Shown: positions 49,909-60,174, counted from the first letter of the stretch. The stretch: DNA of 64,000 nt from Candidatus Freyarchaeum deiterrae (GCA_037305845.1 CP147778.1:256001-320000); one strand, 5' to 3'. Made by a program: numbers and translations. Notes: a model not told the origin generated them from the letters alone.

Positions 49909-50812
49909 ATCCTACTGCTATCACGTTTTTTAGGCCGTAAGATTCCATGATTCCCTTATACTTGAGCATCTCTTCCTTGTCTGGGGGTTTTATGCCATCA
50001 AGAGCGTATTTTCTTCCGAGATTCTTATACTTGGGTTCTCCGAGGCGGTGATGGGGTAAAAGGTCGATTCTCTCAACATTCGGAAGCTTAACTATAAACT
50101 CGGCAATCTTCCTCAGGTTGTCCTCATTGGCTGTGTATCCCGGAATCACGGGAACCCGAATCCACATGGGTTTAACTCTGCTGATTTTCTCAGCGTTCTC
50201 CAGTATCAAATCTGGTTTAATTCCAATGTACTCGCGGGATTTCTTGTCATTCATTTCTTTAAGGTCGTACATTACCAAGTCGACGTAGGGTAGAATCCTC
50301 TCATAAATTTCCCATTTTACGCATCCGCTGGTTTCCACAGCGGTGTGAATTCCAGCCCCCTTGCATTTCTTCAAGAACTCTACCAGGAACTCTGTTTGTG
50401 ATGCTGGTTCTCCTCCCGTGAGTGTGACTCCTCCGTTCGAAGTCTCGTAGAAGACCTTGTCTTTCTCAACCTCTTTGAGAACCTCATCCGGAGTCATTTT
50501 CTTTCCCACAATCTCGACCGCTTTGGGGATGCAGACCTCGGTGCACTTTCCGCAGCTTGTGCACTTCGACCTGTCGATTATAGGGGTCTTGCCCTCAACT
50601 CTTATCGCGTTTTCCAGGCATGCTTTTATGCAGTCTCCGCAGCCTATGCACTTTTTCTCGAAAACGAATACCTCCTGCTGAAAAAGCTGTCCCTCCGGAT
50701 TATGGCACCACACGCACTTCAAGGGGCATCCCTTCATGAAAACCACCGTTCTTATTCCGGGGCCGTCCTCTGTTGAGAATCTCTCTATGTTAAATATCAC
50801 CCCATCACTCAT
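49892..50812 (-). CDS. Glycyl-radical enzyme activating protein (radical SAM with ferredoxin insert)
   Basis: DGPGIRT, CPLKCVWCHNPE, two CxxCxxC ferredoxin motifs, GGEP. Confidence 0.95.
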   Translation of the reverse strand: MSDGVIFNIERFSTEDGPGIRTVVFMKGCPLKCVWCHNPEGQLFQQEVFVFEKKCIGCGDCIKACLENAIRVEGKTPIIDRSKCTSCGKCTEVCIPKAVEIVGKKMTPDEVLKEVEKDKVFYETSNGGVTLTGGEPASQTEFLVEFLKKCKGAGIHTAVETSGCVKWEIYERILPYVDLVMYDLKEMNDKKSREYIGIKPDLILENAEKISRVKPMWIRVPVIPGYTANEDNLRKIAEFIVKLPNVERIDLLPHHRLGEPKYKNLGRKYALDGIKPPDKEEMLKYKGIMESYGLKNVIAVGYENQS

Positions 50813-50861
50813 TTTGCAGCACTTCGATTCCGAATAAGTAATTTCTACCCTCATTTTCAGA

Positions 50862-53246
50862 TTACATTGAGTGTTCTGTTCGTGCGATTATTTCCTCCTG
50901 GATAGCTTTTCCAAGGGTTACAAAGTATGCGCTGTATCCCGTAACTCTTACCAGTAGGTTCAGATACTTCTCAGGATTCTTCTGAGCCTCCCTGAGAGTG
51001 GCGGTATCGATCACATTGGTCATCAGGGCGGTTCCGCCTAGAATGTCGAAGGCTTTGAGTAAGGATGCTAGTTTTTTTAGATGCTCTTTATCTCTTAGCG
51101 ATGAGGGGCTGAGTTGAATTACACAGGAAGCACCGTTAGGTGTTACGTCGAATCCCAGTTTAGCCACAGATTTCAAAGACGCAGTGGGACCAGTTTTGTC
51201 TCTGCCCTGAACCGGCTGCACACCGTTAGACAGATAGGTTCCGCGTGCTCTACCATCTGGGGTGGAAGCGGTTTTCGGGGCCCAGTCGATGAAGTAGTTC
51301 CACGAAAGATATCCTGCGCGGAAACGTCTACCACTGACGGGGGTTTTATACTTGAAAACCTCCTCGGACCAGAAGCGGGAAATATCCCTTCCTATCAGGT
51401 CTGCATAGTCTTCGTCGTTTCCAAATTTGGGAGCATCGTTAATCAGCATCTGGCGCAGCTTATCATTTCCCATGAAGTCGGTTTTTATTGCCTGGATAAG
51501 TTCTTGCATAGTAATCTTCTTATCCTCGTAAACCAGTTTCTTAACTGCTACCAGAGAATCAGTTGCAGTAGCTATGCCCACTCCCTCAACTGTGGTAAAG
51601 TTATATTTTGGACCCCCAGCGTTCACGTCTTTACCTTTCTTTATGCAGTCACCCACTATGGCTGACAGGTACGGCACTCCCTCATAGGTGGCTCTTAGGG
51701 TGTCGAAATCCATATTCAGCTCAATGAGAAGCCTTAGGCAGTTTTTGAGTTGGATTTTGTAAGCGGTTAGAAACTCGTCGAACGTTTTGAAACTCGTTGG
51801 GTCGCCGGTTTCTGGACCGAGCTGTTCCCCGGTTAGCATGTCTTTTCCGTTATTCAAAACGAGTTCAATGGGCTTAGCCAAGTTAATGTTAACGTCGACT
51901 GTTCCCGAGCGGTCGTTTCCCTGAGAAGTGTTTTCAAGGCAGCCCACCACTCCGTAGTCTAAAGCCTCCTTGTGAGATACGCCCTCCCATTCTAGGGCTT
52001 TTACGCTGATGCTGTCGAAGTTTAGTAGTGAAGGGGAACCACCTTTACACCTGTTTATTGATTCGACGAGTCTCATGAGGAAGTCGTCCGGTGTATCCTT
52101 GTGGATTCTGATATTAGTCTTCGGCTCTAAAAGGTTCATTTCCTCGATGACGTCTACTAGCAGCCATGACAAATCGTTGGTTGCGTCCTTTCCATTCGAA
52201 CCCAGGCCGCTGATGGTCATGAGCTGACCGTAACCGGAAGTTATGCCCTGTCTTCCCAGACGCAGTCCGAAGTAGTCGTAGGCGTAGTTGTGTTTTATCC
52301 AGAAGCACTCCAGAATCTCCTTAGCCTGATCACGCGTAAGTTTTCCTTCCTTAATGTCCTTATCGTAATATGGGAAAGTGTACTGGTCGAATCTGCCGTG
52401 TGAAAGCCCCGCACCGATATAGGACTCTGCCACACTGCATAACATGTGTGTTAACCACACCCCCTGCACCGCCTCCCAGAAGCTTCCCGCCGGATTCCAT
52501 GGAACCCTATCACAGATTCCAGCCATCTCGAGGAGTTCCCCCTTTCTCTTATCATCATTCTCCATTTCAGCCAATTTACTGGCTTCTTCCGCATACCTGT
52601 GGGTAAACTCCTTTACTGCTTCGCAGCAGATTATAATCGCTCTCAGAAAGTCTTTCTTTTCCTGCTCTACCGCTCTCTCTAACTCCTTCTCCGCCTCTTC
52701 CTTAATACCCTTAAACCCTATCCTGAGTGGTTTGGGATAATCGGGAACAAGGTGACCGGGGATTGGTCCGGTGGTTCCTATACCCAAATCTATGAAGTGT
52801 CTCATTCTCTTCAAGTAGCCGGCGTCTCTCGCCTTCCAATCTGCGGCTTCGGCTTGGTTCAGGCACAGTGACATTGCAACCGAGGAATGGGCTCCTGCGA
52901 TGAGGTCGCCTTCAAGGATTTGGACGGGGATGAGTTTCAAGACGTTCTGGAAGAATAGTGCTTGACGCACAATCTGGGGCTCGTCCCAAAATCCTTCAGG
53001 CAAATCTATTTTCACAGCCATAGCGTTAAACGAATCCTCCACAGCGTTACCGTAAACCAGAAGCTCCGGAGCACTGGCAAAGTTGTGCTGAATCCAAGTA
53101 GTATCCCAAGCAGTACCAGTAGTGTAGGGAATCGCCTCGTTTCTGAAGTAGTCGCGTTTCTCAAAGTCCCAATACTCGTCTCTCAGACGCTTAACCCTAG
53201 CAGATAACTTCTTAGAAGGACTCCAAATTTCAGTTTCCTTTAACAC
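50862..53246 (-). CDS. Glycyl radical enzyme of unknown substrate
   Basis: Gly loop LLVRVTGYSAYF; Cys loop GVVGCLEN; GRFDQY; PKFGND; TPDGR. Confidence 0.95.
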   Translation of the reverse strand: MLKETEIWSPSKKLSARVKRLRDEYWDFEKRDYFRNEAIPYTTGTAWDTTWIQHNFASAPELLVYGNAVEDSFNAMAVKIDLPEGFWDEPQIVRQALFFQNVLKLIPVQILEGDLIAGAHSSVAMSLCLNQAEAADWKARDAGYLKRMRHFIDLGIGTTGPIPGHLVPDYPKPLRIGFKGIKEEAEKELERAVEQEKKDFLRAIIICCEAVKEFTHRYAEEASKLAEMENDDKRKGELLEMAGICDRVPWNPAGSFWEAVQGVWLTHMLCSVAESYIGAGLSHGRFDQYTFPYYDKDIKEGKLTRDQAKEILECFWIKHNYAYDYFGLRLGRQGITSGYGQLMTISGLGSNGKDATNDLSWLLVDVIEEMNLLEPKTNIRIHKDTPDDFLMRLVESINRCKGGSPSLLNFDSISVKALEWEGVSHKEALDYGVVGCLENTSQGNDRSGTVDVNINLAKPIELVLNNGKDMLTGEQLGPETGDPTSFKTFDEFLTAYKIQLKNCLRLLIELNMDFDTLRATYEGVPYLSAIVGDCIKKGKDVNAGGPKYNFTTVEGVGIATATDSLVAVKKLVYEDKKITMQELIQAIKTDFMGNDKLRQMLINDAPKFGNDEDYADLIGRDISRFWSEEVFKYKTPVSGRRFRAGYLSWNYFIDWAPKTASTPDGRARGTYLSNGVQPVQGRDKTGPTASLKSVAKLGFDVTPNGASCVIQLSPSSLRDKEHLKKLASLLKAFDILGGTALMTNVIDTATLREAQKNPEKYLNLLVRVTGYSAYFVTLGKAIQEEIIARTEHSM

Positions 53247-53433
53247 AAAAAACCTCCTTATTATAGACTAATACTTTCCACCATTAAAAAGTTTATACCC
53301 CTTTTATAGAATTATTCAAAAAAATCAAAGAAAGAGTGGAAAAATATTTAGAGCAAAATTTTTCCCGAAAAAAGAAAGGAATGATGAAATCGTGGATTAG
53401 CTTCAGCAGACCTATTTTGGGAAATATTACCCT

Positions 53434-55362
53434 CTAGATTTTATTTGCGATTTCTGCTGCGCCGTGTACAGCTTCCATTATTCTTCCGGGTTTAACTGCG
53501 TCGCCTATTGCGTAGATTTCTTGGACTTTTTCCTCTGAACTCTCAAGGAGACCTGTATTCGGTACTGTACCTAGAGCAACAACCACGGTATCCGCTTTTT
53601 CTAGAATTCTCTGTCCCTCTTTTTCATAAACTGCTCCTTCACGGGTGACCTCGACCACTTTTGCAGAGGTTATAATTTTTCCACCAAAGCTTGTAAATTT
53701 TTGTCTAATGTAATGATTGAAAGAGGGGATCATCGCGGTAGCCACTCTCTTCATCTGCTCGAGTATGGTAACCTTTTTGCCCTTCTCAGCAAGGTGATAG
53801 CCGGTTTCCATGCCGATTTCGCCTCCACCAAGAATAACCACAGTTTTACCCACAACTGCTTTCCCCGCTAAAACATCCGTGGCGAGGACCACGTTACTTC
53901 CGTTGATTCCCGAAATCTTAGGAAGCGCTGTACTAGAACCAGTTGCGATGCACACCACGTCTGGTGCTAGGTCATCAATCATGGATGTGCTGATTTCCTC
54001 TCCTAAATGAACATCGACTCCCAGCCTTTTAAGCTCGTGTTCAAAATAGGGAACTATTCTTTTCAACTCATACTTGTAGGAGGGAACCGAAGCCAGTAAG
54101 ACTTGTCCTCCAAGCTCATTGTTTTTCTCATATAGCGAGACTTTATGTCCCCTCAACGCTGCTACTCTCGCGAATTCCATTCCTCCAACCCCGCCGCCAA
54201 TCACTAGAACCTTTTTGGGTTCTTTGGTAGGTTGAATTCGGAATTCTTCCTCTTTTCCCACCGCTGCATTTAGAATACAGGTAACGGATTTGAGGAACAT
54301 GAGATTGTTCATACATCCTTCGTTACAAGCTATGCAGGGCCTTATCTCCTCAAGCCTGTCCTCCATAGCCTTCCTCGGAAGTTCGGGATCAGTTATCAAA
54401 GCTCTACCCATTGAAACTAGGTCAGCCTGTCTCTTCTTCACTATTTCCTCGGCGAGTTTTACATCGTTTATTCTGCCAACCGCGATAACCGGAATACTTA
54501 CGACCTTTTTTATTCCCTGTGCTAGGGGTACCATGAATTCTCTGGGAATCCACATGGGTGCTGATGACTCCCCATTCTCCGAGTCGAAGATTCCCCCTGA
54601 AACGTGAATGGCGTCAACTCCTGCTTCCTCAGCCATCTCAGCGATTCTCTTAGCCTCAGGCAGAGTTATGCCGCCCTCAAAGTAGTCGTCTCCATTCATT
54701 CTACAAATGATGGGAAACTCTTCGCCTACCTTATCCCCAATTTTCTGAATTATCTCAAGTAGGAATCTCGTTCTACCCTCGAAATCTCTACCGTACCGGT
54801 CTTCCCTGAGATTAGTGAGTGGGGACAGGAACTGATTTATCAGATAACCGTGAGCTGCGTGTATCTCTACGGCGTCGAATCCCGCATCCTTAATCCTTCT
54901 GGCTGCCTCACTGAAAGCCTCAACGGTTTCCTTTATTTCCTCAATTTTTAGAGGACGAGGCGTTTCTTTAACTAGCTGGCAGGGAACATTGGAAGCAGAA
55001 ACGGGCTGTGTTCCAATAATCATAGAGGAAACCTGTCTTCCCGCATGAAATAGTTGTATCGCCGCCTTAGCTCCCTCGGCCTGAATAGCTTTTGCGAGTT
55101 TTCTCAAACCAGGAATCTTATCATCGTTAGCGAGACTAATCATCAGGTTCGAACCTTTTCCAATGGAAGTTACATAAGACCCCTCAACAATAACCAGACC
55201 TACTCCACCTCGAGCGCGCTCCCTATAATAATCTATGGCGCGCTGAGTTACCGAACCATCCTCAGCCGCAAAATTAGTACCCATAGGCGGCATTACCAGC
55301 CTGTTCCTAAGCTCCACATTTCCTATATTAACGGGTTCAAACAACTTGACCATTACACACAC
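53434..55362 (-). CDS. NADH:flavin oxidoreductase (Old Yellow Enzyme / 2,4-dienoyl-CoA reductase-like, Fe-S)
   Basis: RNRLVMPPM, HAAHGYL, CIACNEGC, two GxG dinucleotide-binding motifs. Confidence 0.95.
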   Translation of the reverse strand: MCVMVKLFEPVNIGNVELRNRLVMPPMGTNFAAEDGSVTQRAIDYYRERARGGVGLVIVEGSYVTSIGKGSNLMISLANDDKIPGLRKLAKAIQAEGAKAAIQLFHAGRQVSSMIIGTQPVSASNVPCQLVKETPRPLKIEEIKETVEAFSEAARRIKDAGFDAVEIHAAHGYLINQFLSPLTNLREDRYGRDFEGRTRFLLEIIQKIGDKVGEEFPIICRMNGDDYFEGGITLPEAKRIAEMAEEAGVDAIHVSGGIFDSENGESSAPMWIPREFMVPLAQGIKKVVSIPVIAVGRINDVKLAEEIVKKRQADLVSMGRALITDPELPRKAMEDRLEEIRPCIACNEGCMNNLMFLKSVTCILNAAVGKEEEFRIQPTKEPKKVLVIGGGVGGMEFARVAALRGHKVSLYEKNNELGGQVLLASVPSYKYELKRIVPYFEHELKRLGVDVHLGEEISTSMIDDLAPDVVCIATGSSTALPKISGINGSNVVLATDVLAGKAVVGKTVVILGGGEIGMETGYHLAEKGKKVTILEQMKRVATAMIPSFNHYIRQKFTSFGGKIITSAKVVEVTREGAVYEKEGQRILEKADTVVVALGTVPNTGLLESSEEKVQEIYAIGDAVKPGRIMEAVHGAAEIANKI

Positions 55363-55726
55363 ACCACTTTATAAAATTAAAATACGAATACTATACTTTT
55401 TAACGAATCAGAAGGAAAATCCGACTATACCAACTTCTCTCTCCAACACTATATTCTTCCGTATATATTCTTTATGCTATATTCTAGTACTACTTCGGAA
55501 ACTTAGTTTTATTTGGGGATGTCGCTCTTTTTTAATTTATGAAGAAAACAACGAATCAGATGAGAGCCGCCCTCCTTTAAGACAACTCATACCAACCAAG
55601 AAAAGCCCAAAAACAAGTTTCCGAAATATTATATATAGACAAAAAAGTTCATATATAAAATAGTAGGTATATTCCTCAAAAATTGTAGCGGGTTTATCAT
55701 TAATTTTAAAAAGAGGGAGACGAAAT

Positions 55727-56533
55727 ATGGAAGATCCAAAAATTGAGATTTACGACATTATGGCATGCAATGTGTATGTAGATTATGTATTCGCTAAAGT
55801 AAAAGAGCAGCACAAGTTTCTTATCGCCTTCTTACCAGTAAAAGATGCATTCCTACCGGATTACATCGATAAGATAACAGCCTACGGTCCTGACGGCTAT
55901 GAAGTAGAATTTAAAAATCAGGAATATAACCTCAAAAACGTAAACGGCTATATAACTGACGCGGCGTTTAACTCCTGCTGGTACATGGTCAATCTTCCTA
56001 CCGGTTTTTTGAATGAAGGAGAGTACAAAATTGAGGTCGAGTGCAAAAATGGTGAAGTAAAAACAAAATCTCGATATCAGAAAAATGCTCCATCTGAGGC
56101 CCTAGTAGGGGCATATCTTGAAAACAAGGATGCTCTTTACAAGTCGTATTACCCGTCGACAACGAATAAGATACCAAAGGGCACCCCGTTAAAGAACCTT
56201 AAGGTTAAATTTTCAACTCTTAAAGAGCTTGCTGATCTCGATGCATATTACATCTACCGTGTTTCTTTAGGTAAAACACCACTTGAGTTCAACATACAGA
56301 AGCTTGTATGGTGGGACAACGTATTCGTTGAAAGATATGTAAATGCGAAAGCTGGACTTAACAAAGGCGAAAATGTTATCAAGAAGGAGCTTAAGCCAAA
56401 CACAAGCTACGCATACTTTGTGGAGACAACTGACAGCAACGCTATGGGTGAAACAAATATCTGTGTTTTCCAACCACACCAGATATTTACTACACCGCCT
56501 GCTCAGCAGGTAGTTACCACACCAGGCGTTTAA
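55727..56533 (+). CDS. Hypothetical beta-rich protein
   Basis: GAGGGAG RBS; 268 aa; no motif recognised. Confidence 0.75.
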   Translation: MEDPKIEIYDIMACNVYVDYVFAKVKEQHKFLIAFLPVKDAFLPDYIDKITAYGPDGYEVEFKNQEYNLKNVNGYITDAAFNSCWYMVNLPTGFLNEGEYKIEVECKNGEVKTKSRYQKNAPSEALVGAYLENKDALYKSYYPSTTNKIPKGTPLKNLKVKFSTLKELADLDAYYIYRVSLGKTPLEFNIQKLVWWDNVFVERYVNAKAGLNKGENVIKKELKPNTSYAYFVETTDSNAMGETNICVFQPHQIFTTPPAQQVVTTPGV

Positions 56534-56760
56534 TGCACCATCTAAAAGGTATGGATAATATTTAATTTTCTATTCTCTTTTTTTACATTTTTCTAGTATT
56601 TTACTTAGGAATCAGATATTGAAATTTAGCTTCTACTAAAACTAGTGTACGTAAATATGGTAAATATGTAAAAGTTCGTGGAATTTAACTTGAATTTGGA
56701 TATCTAAACAAATTTCGCCGCATAAGGCTCAATGTAAGCTAGATTCCTGTTTAAAACTTC

Positions 56761-57034
56761 TCATGGTAATTCCATTACTATGTCTTCTTGGCTCAGCCTC
56801 TCTTTGCAACTCGGACAGTATCCCTTCACTTTAATCCACTCCAGCAAATGGTCCCTGTGACTCAGGACACCGCAACGGGGACACTTGACGATTGCTTCTC
56901 CCGAAGAGATGCTTTCACTACACACGGAACCCTCGTTAGTAGACTTACCGCAATGTGGACAGAACCGGGCACCACTTGAAGCCTGGATGCCTCAGTAAAC
57001 ACAACACCCCAATTTGGGCCTTTTTCCTACTCAT
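56761..57034 (-). pseudogene. Zinc-ribbon plus RING-like protein, degraded (not in the ORF track)
   Basis: CVY*G...FCPHCG...GSVC...KCPRCGVLSHRDHLLEWIKVKGYCPSC; the ATG at 57034 is one base out of frame; TGA at 56992-56994. Confidence 0.75.
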
Positions 57035-57149
57035 CTTTCAACCCTCGGTATGGGTAATTCCTCATTCTGTTAATTATTCTTTTTTGATAAATGCAAAAAA
57101 CAACGAAGGGATGAATAATTTTTCCCGATTGAAAAGTATCCAAAGAAAT

Positions 57150-59090
57150 TCAACGGAAAACTTCTTCATCGCCAACCTGAAGCGATTCATTATAGAAATA
57201 GTCTGCAAAAATTGCATACATCGGTTTATTCCACAGTCTAAGATATTTTTTTACTATTTTTCCTTGTAGAATTACTTTATCACCTTTCCTGATATAACGT
57301 GTTGGGACAGAGTGAACTAGGATTTCATCAGGAATTCCTACAATTCCTATATTTTCCTCTAACTTCATTACAAAATAATTTTCAATAAAAGGCGTGTAAA
57401 CGTCTCCACTAGCATTCACTCTTGATTTTCTTGTTATTGAACCTCGAATCGTACCTTCATACAATACTTGTTTTTTTCCCTTTAATTCCTCATCGCCGAT
57501 CTGAAGTGAATCATTATAGAAATGGTCTGCAAAAATTATATACAAGGGCCTACTCAATTGCCTGAAATTCCCTTTAAGTATTTTTCCTTGCAAAATTACT
57601 TTATCTCCTATCCAGAAATAACCAAACTTGGAAGTGAAAACCAGAACTTCATTAGGAATTCCTTCAAAGCCTTCTTCTAATTTCATAGCAAAACAAACTT
57701 TAGAAAAGACATAACGAGCGTAAGGGTTTGGACTGGAAATGAAAGGGCTTGTAATATTCATATTTGAATTTGAGGCTACCAACATTTTACTTCGAATTAG
57801 TCTTGATTCTCCCGTTACTGAACCTCGAATCGTAGCTTCATATAGCACGTGAAGTGCTCCCATTTGCACGCCCAGCGGCGTGGGTTTTATCGGTGGTTCT
57901 TTTCCAGTCTCTTCCGCCTCCTCAACAACTGCGTCTCTCAAAGATATGCTTTCACCACTTAAGGAACTCGGGTCAACAAGCTCACCGCAATGCGGACAAT
58001 ACAGAGCTCCACTTGGAGCCTGAGTGCCGCAGGAAACACACTGCGACCTTTTGGAAGTTAGTGGTTTAGCACCAAGCGATTCATGGTGTATATTATATGC
58101 TGCACCCATCGCTACTGATGCGGCTATCCGTACATCGCCATATCTGTCATGCGATAATTGTTGTAGGAATTCCCACGCCTGTTCCCTGTTTCTGTCCGGA
58201 AGGTGGGGAAATGCAGTACCCAAAGATTCTACTGCGCTGCTCCGTACAATGTTGTCTTCGTCCTGTGATAATTGTTGTAGGACTTCCCACGCCTCTTCCA
58301 TATTATTATTTGGGATGTAGGGAAATGCAGTACCCAAAGATTCTACTGCGCTGCTCCGTACAATGTTGTCTTCGTCCTGTGATAATTGTTGTAGGACTTC
58401 CCACGCCTGTTCCCTGTTTCTGTCCGGAAGGTGGGGAAATACAGTACCCAAAGATTCTGCTGCGCCTCTCCTTACATAGCTGTCTCCGTCCTGCGTTAGT
58501 AGATATAGGACGTCCCACGCCTGCTCCACATTATTATCCGATAGACGGGGAAATGCAGCACCCAAAGATTCTGCCGCGAACATCCGTACACTCCAGTCTT
58601 CGTCATGTGATAATCGTTGTAGGTCTTCCCACGCCTGCTCCACATTATTATCCGATAGACGGGGAAATGCAGCACCCAAAGATTCTACTGCGCTACTCCG
58701 TACTTCGCCGTCTCCGTCCTGCGTTAGTAGGTGTAGGACTTCCCACGCCTGCTCCACATTATTATCCGATAGACGGGGAAATGCAGCACCCAAAGATTCT
58801 GCTATGATTCTCCGTACTTCGATGTCTTCGTCCTGCGTTAGTAGGTGTAGGTCTTCCAAAGCCTGTTTCATGTCCATGTCACTGATGTATGGAAACGCGT
58901 TACGAAGCGATTCTGCTGCAGGTTTTCGTACACCGCGGTTTTCGTCTTGTGTTAGCTGATGTAGATCCTCCCAGGCTTGTGTCTTGTCGGGGAGGACTGC
59001 AAAATTATTGCGGAGTAACTCTACTGCCTCTCTGCGTTCCCCAGATTTGTTGCTTATTGATTTTCTGTGAATCTCTTGTTGATTCACCAA
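57150..59090 (-). CDS. HEAT-repeat protein fused to a zinc ribbon and two OB-like repeats
   Basis: 39-aa repeats QAWEDL..L.QD.D..VR..A.ESLG.AF; CVSCG...CPHCG; duplicated YE.TIRGS...GDKVILQGKI...FAD.FYN.SLQ.GDEE. Confidence 0.88.
   Translation of the reverse strand: MVNQQEIHRKSISNKSGERREAVELLRNNFAVLPDKTQAWEDLHQLTQDENRGVRKPAAESLRNAFPYISDMDMKQALEDLHLLTQDEDIEVRRIIAESLGAAFPRLSDNNVEQAWEVLHLLTQDGDGEVRSSAVESLGAAFPRLSDNNVEQAWEDLQRLSHDEDWSVRMFAAESLGAAFPRLSDNNVEQAWDVLYLLTQDGDSYVRRGAAESLGTVFPHLPDRNREQAWEVLQQLSQDEDNIVRSSAVESLGTAFPYIPNNNMEEAWEVLQQLSQDEDNIVRSSAVESLGTAFPHLPDRNREQAWEFLQQLSHDRYGDVRIAASVAMGAAYNIHHESLGAKPLTSKRSQCVSCGTQAPSGALYCPHCGELVDPSSLSGESISLRDAVVEEAEETGKEPPIKPTPLGVQMGALHVLYEATIRGSVTGESRLIRSKMLVASNSNMNITSPFISSPNPYARYVFSKVCFAMKLEEGFEGIPNEVLVFTSKFGYFWIGDKVILQGKILKGNFRQLSRPLYIIFADHFYNDSLQIGDEELKGKKQVLYEGTIRGSITRKSRVNASGDVYTPFIENYFVMKLEENIGIVGIPDEILVHSVPTRYIRKGDKVILQGKIVKKYLRLWNKPMYAIFADYFYNESLQVGDEEVFR
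58140..58990. repeat. ~117-bp coding tandem repeats (HEAT units)
   Basis: CCCAAAGATTCT recurs at 117-bp spacing; adjacent units are near-identical. Confidence 0.9.
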
Positions 59091-59245
59091 ACCCCTTCAC
59101 CGATTATTTCAATGATGAATTAATCTTAAAATTGTTTCTATTCGTGTATTCGATAGCAATTTAATTTAGGAAAAAAAATACTTGAAAATGAGAAAGAAGG
59201 GTTCGTGGCGGAGGCAAAGAATAGTATACTCGCAAAATCCGCATT

Positions 59246-60064
59246 TCACACATTTTTCACTATTCCTACCGTGCTTGGTAAACCTTGATTTTCTCCAATT
59301 GCTTCCCTTAGTTCGTATGAGAATCTTAGGGCTTTTAATCCATTCATGGTGATTACATATTTACCTTGGGGTTTTTCTTGGGTAATGTAGCTTGCTTGAA
59401 TAAGATTATTTAAATGGAATTGCAGGTGTCCGCCCTTTATGCCGATCTGGCGTTCTAATTGGGCGAAATTCTTACCGCCCTTTCCTAGGTTTTTGAGAAT
59501 CTTTAGACGCGTTACGTTGGATAGTGGTGCCAGTAAACTGCATACCTCTTCCTCTTTAACTTCCTCAAAACCCGACCAGTTCTTAGGCGAGTAAGTATCT
59601 TTGGTAAACTTTTCGGACAATTCTTTTGAGTTTTCTATTAATTCCTCGAGAGTTTTGAATGCATTAATAGCATTTTTGAAGCATTTTTCATCGTGGCAGT
59701 CTACTTCATTATAATGTCTTGTTACCATGTCAACCCAGTATTTTACTTGTTCCGCTGCAGATGTCATTCCCTGTTCCATGAAAGCACGAATTACCATGTA
59801 AGTTGCTTTTTCAACTTGTCTGGTGCACCAATCTCTGATTTTGCACTCTGAAGGTCTCTCTTTTAGGAACTTGTCCATGTTTTCGTTTGTTTTCACAGTT
59901 AGTTGGGCTAAGCAGTTTTTTTCAACTTCTCTCAGGGTCACTGTTTCAAACGCAGTTTTCATGTATAAAATCAGGTCTTGTAAATTGGTGATGTTTTTAT
60001 TTATTTCTTCTAATCTCTCGTCGATTTCCGCGACTCGTTTCTCTTCACCGTTCATGTCGTTCAT
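59246..60064 (-). CDS. ArsR-like winged-helix regulator with a Cys-containing N-terminal domain
   Basis: PLSNVTRLKILKNL...GGHLQFHLNNL...GKYVIT..G. Confidence 0.88.
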   Translation of the reverse strand: MNDMNGEEKRVAEIDERLEEINKNITNLQDLILYMKTAFETVTLREVEKNCLAQLTVKTNENMDKFLKERPSECKIRDWCTRQVEKATYMVIRAFMEQGMTSAAEQVKYWVDMVTRHYNEVDCHDEKCFKNAINAFKTLEELIENSKELSEKFTKDTYSPKNWSGFEEVKEEEVCSLLAPLSNVTRLKILKNLGKGGKNFAQLERQIGIKGGHLQFHLNNLIQASYITQEKPQGKYVITMNGLKALRFSYELREAIGENQGLPSTVGIVKNV

Positions 60065-60084
60065 GCTCCTGTGCTATATTCGGG

Positions 60085-60109
60085 TATAGTACTATATAAA
60101 GCTATAGTA
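60085..60109. promoter_or_regulatory. Putative operator in a divergent promoter
   Basis: TACTATA-N6-TATAGTA inverted repeat overlapping the palindrome TATAGTACTATA and a TATA-like box. Confidence 0.4.
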
Positions 60110-60174
60110 AATTCAATAAATTTATATATTAGATAAGAGAGTGTGAATTCAATTGTCTCAGTAGGTGGTCTTTT

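Noticed and set aside
56992-56994. Selenocysteine at a CxxU position
   Set aside because: The same gene also has a frameshift and a lost Cys, and no SECIS element was recognised; decay is more likely.
58097-58807. 236-aa plus-strand repeat ORF
   Set aside because: Antisense shadow of the HEAT repeats.
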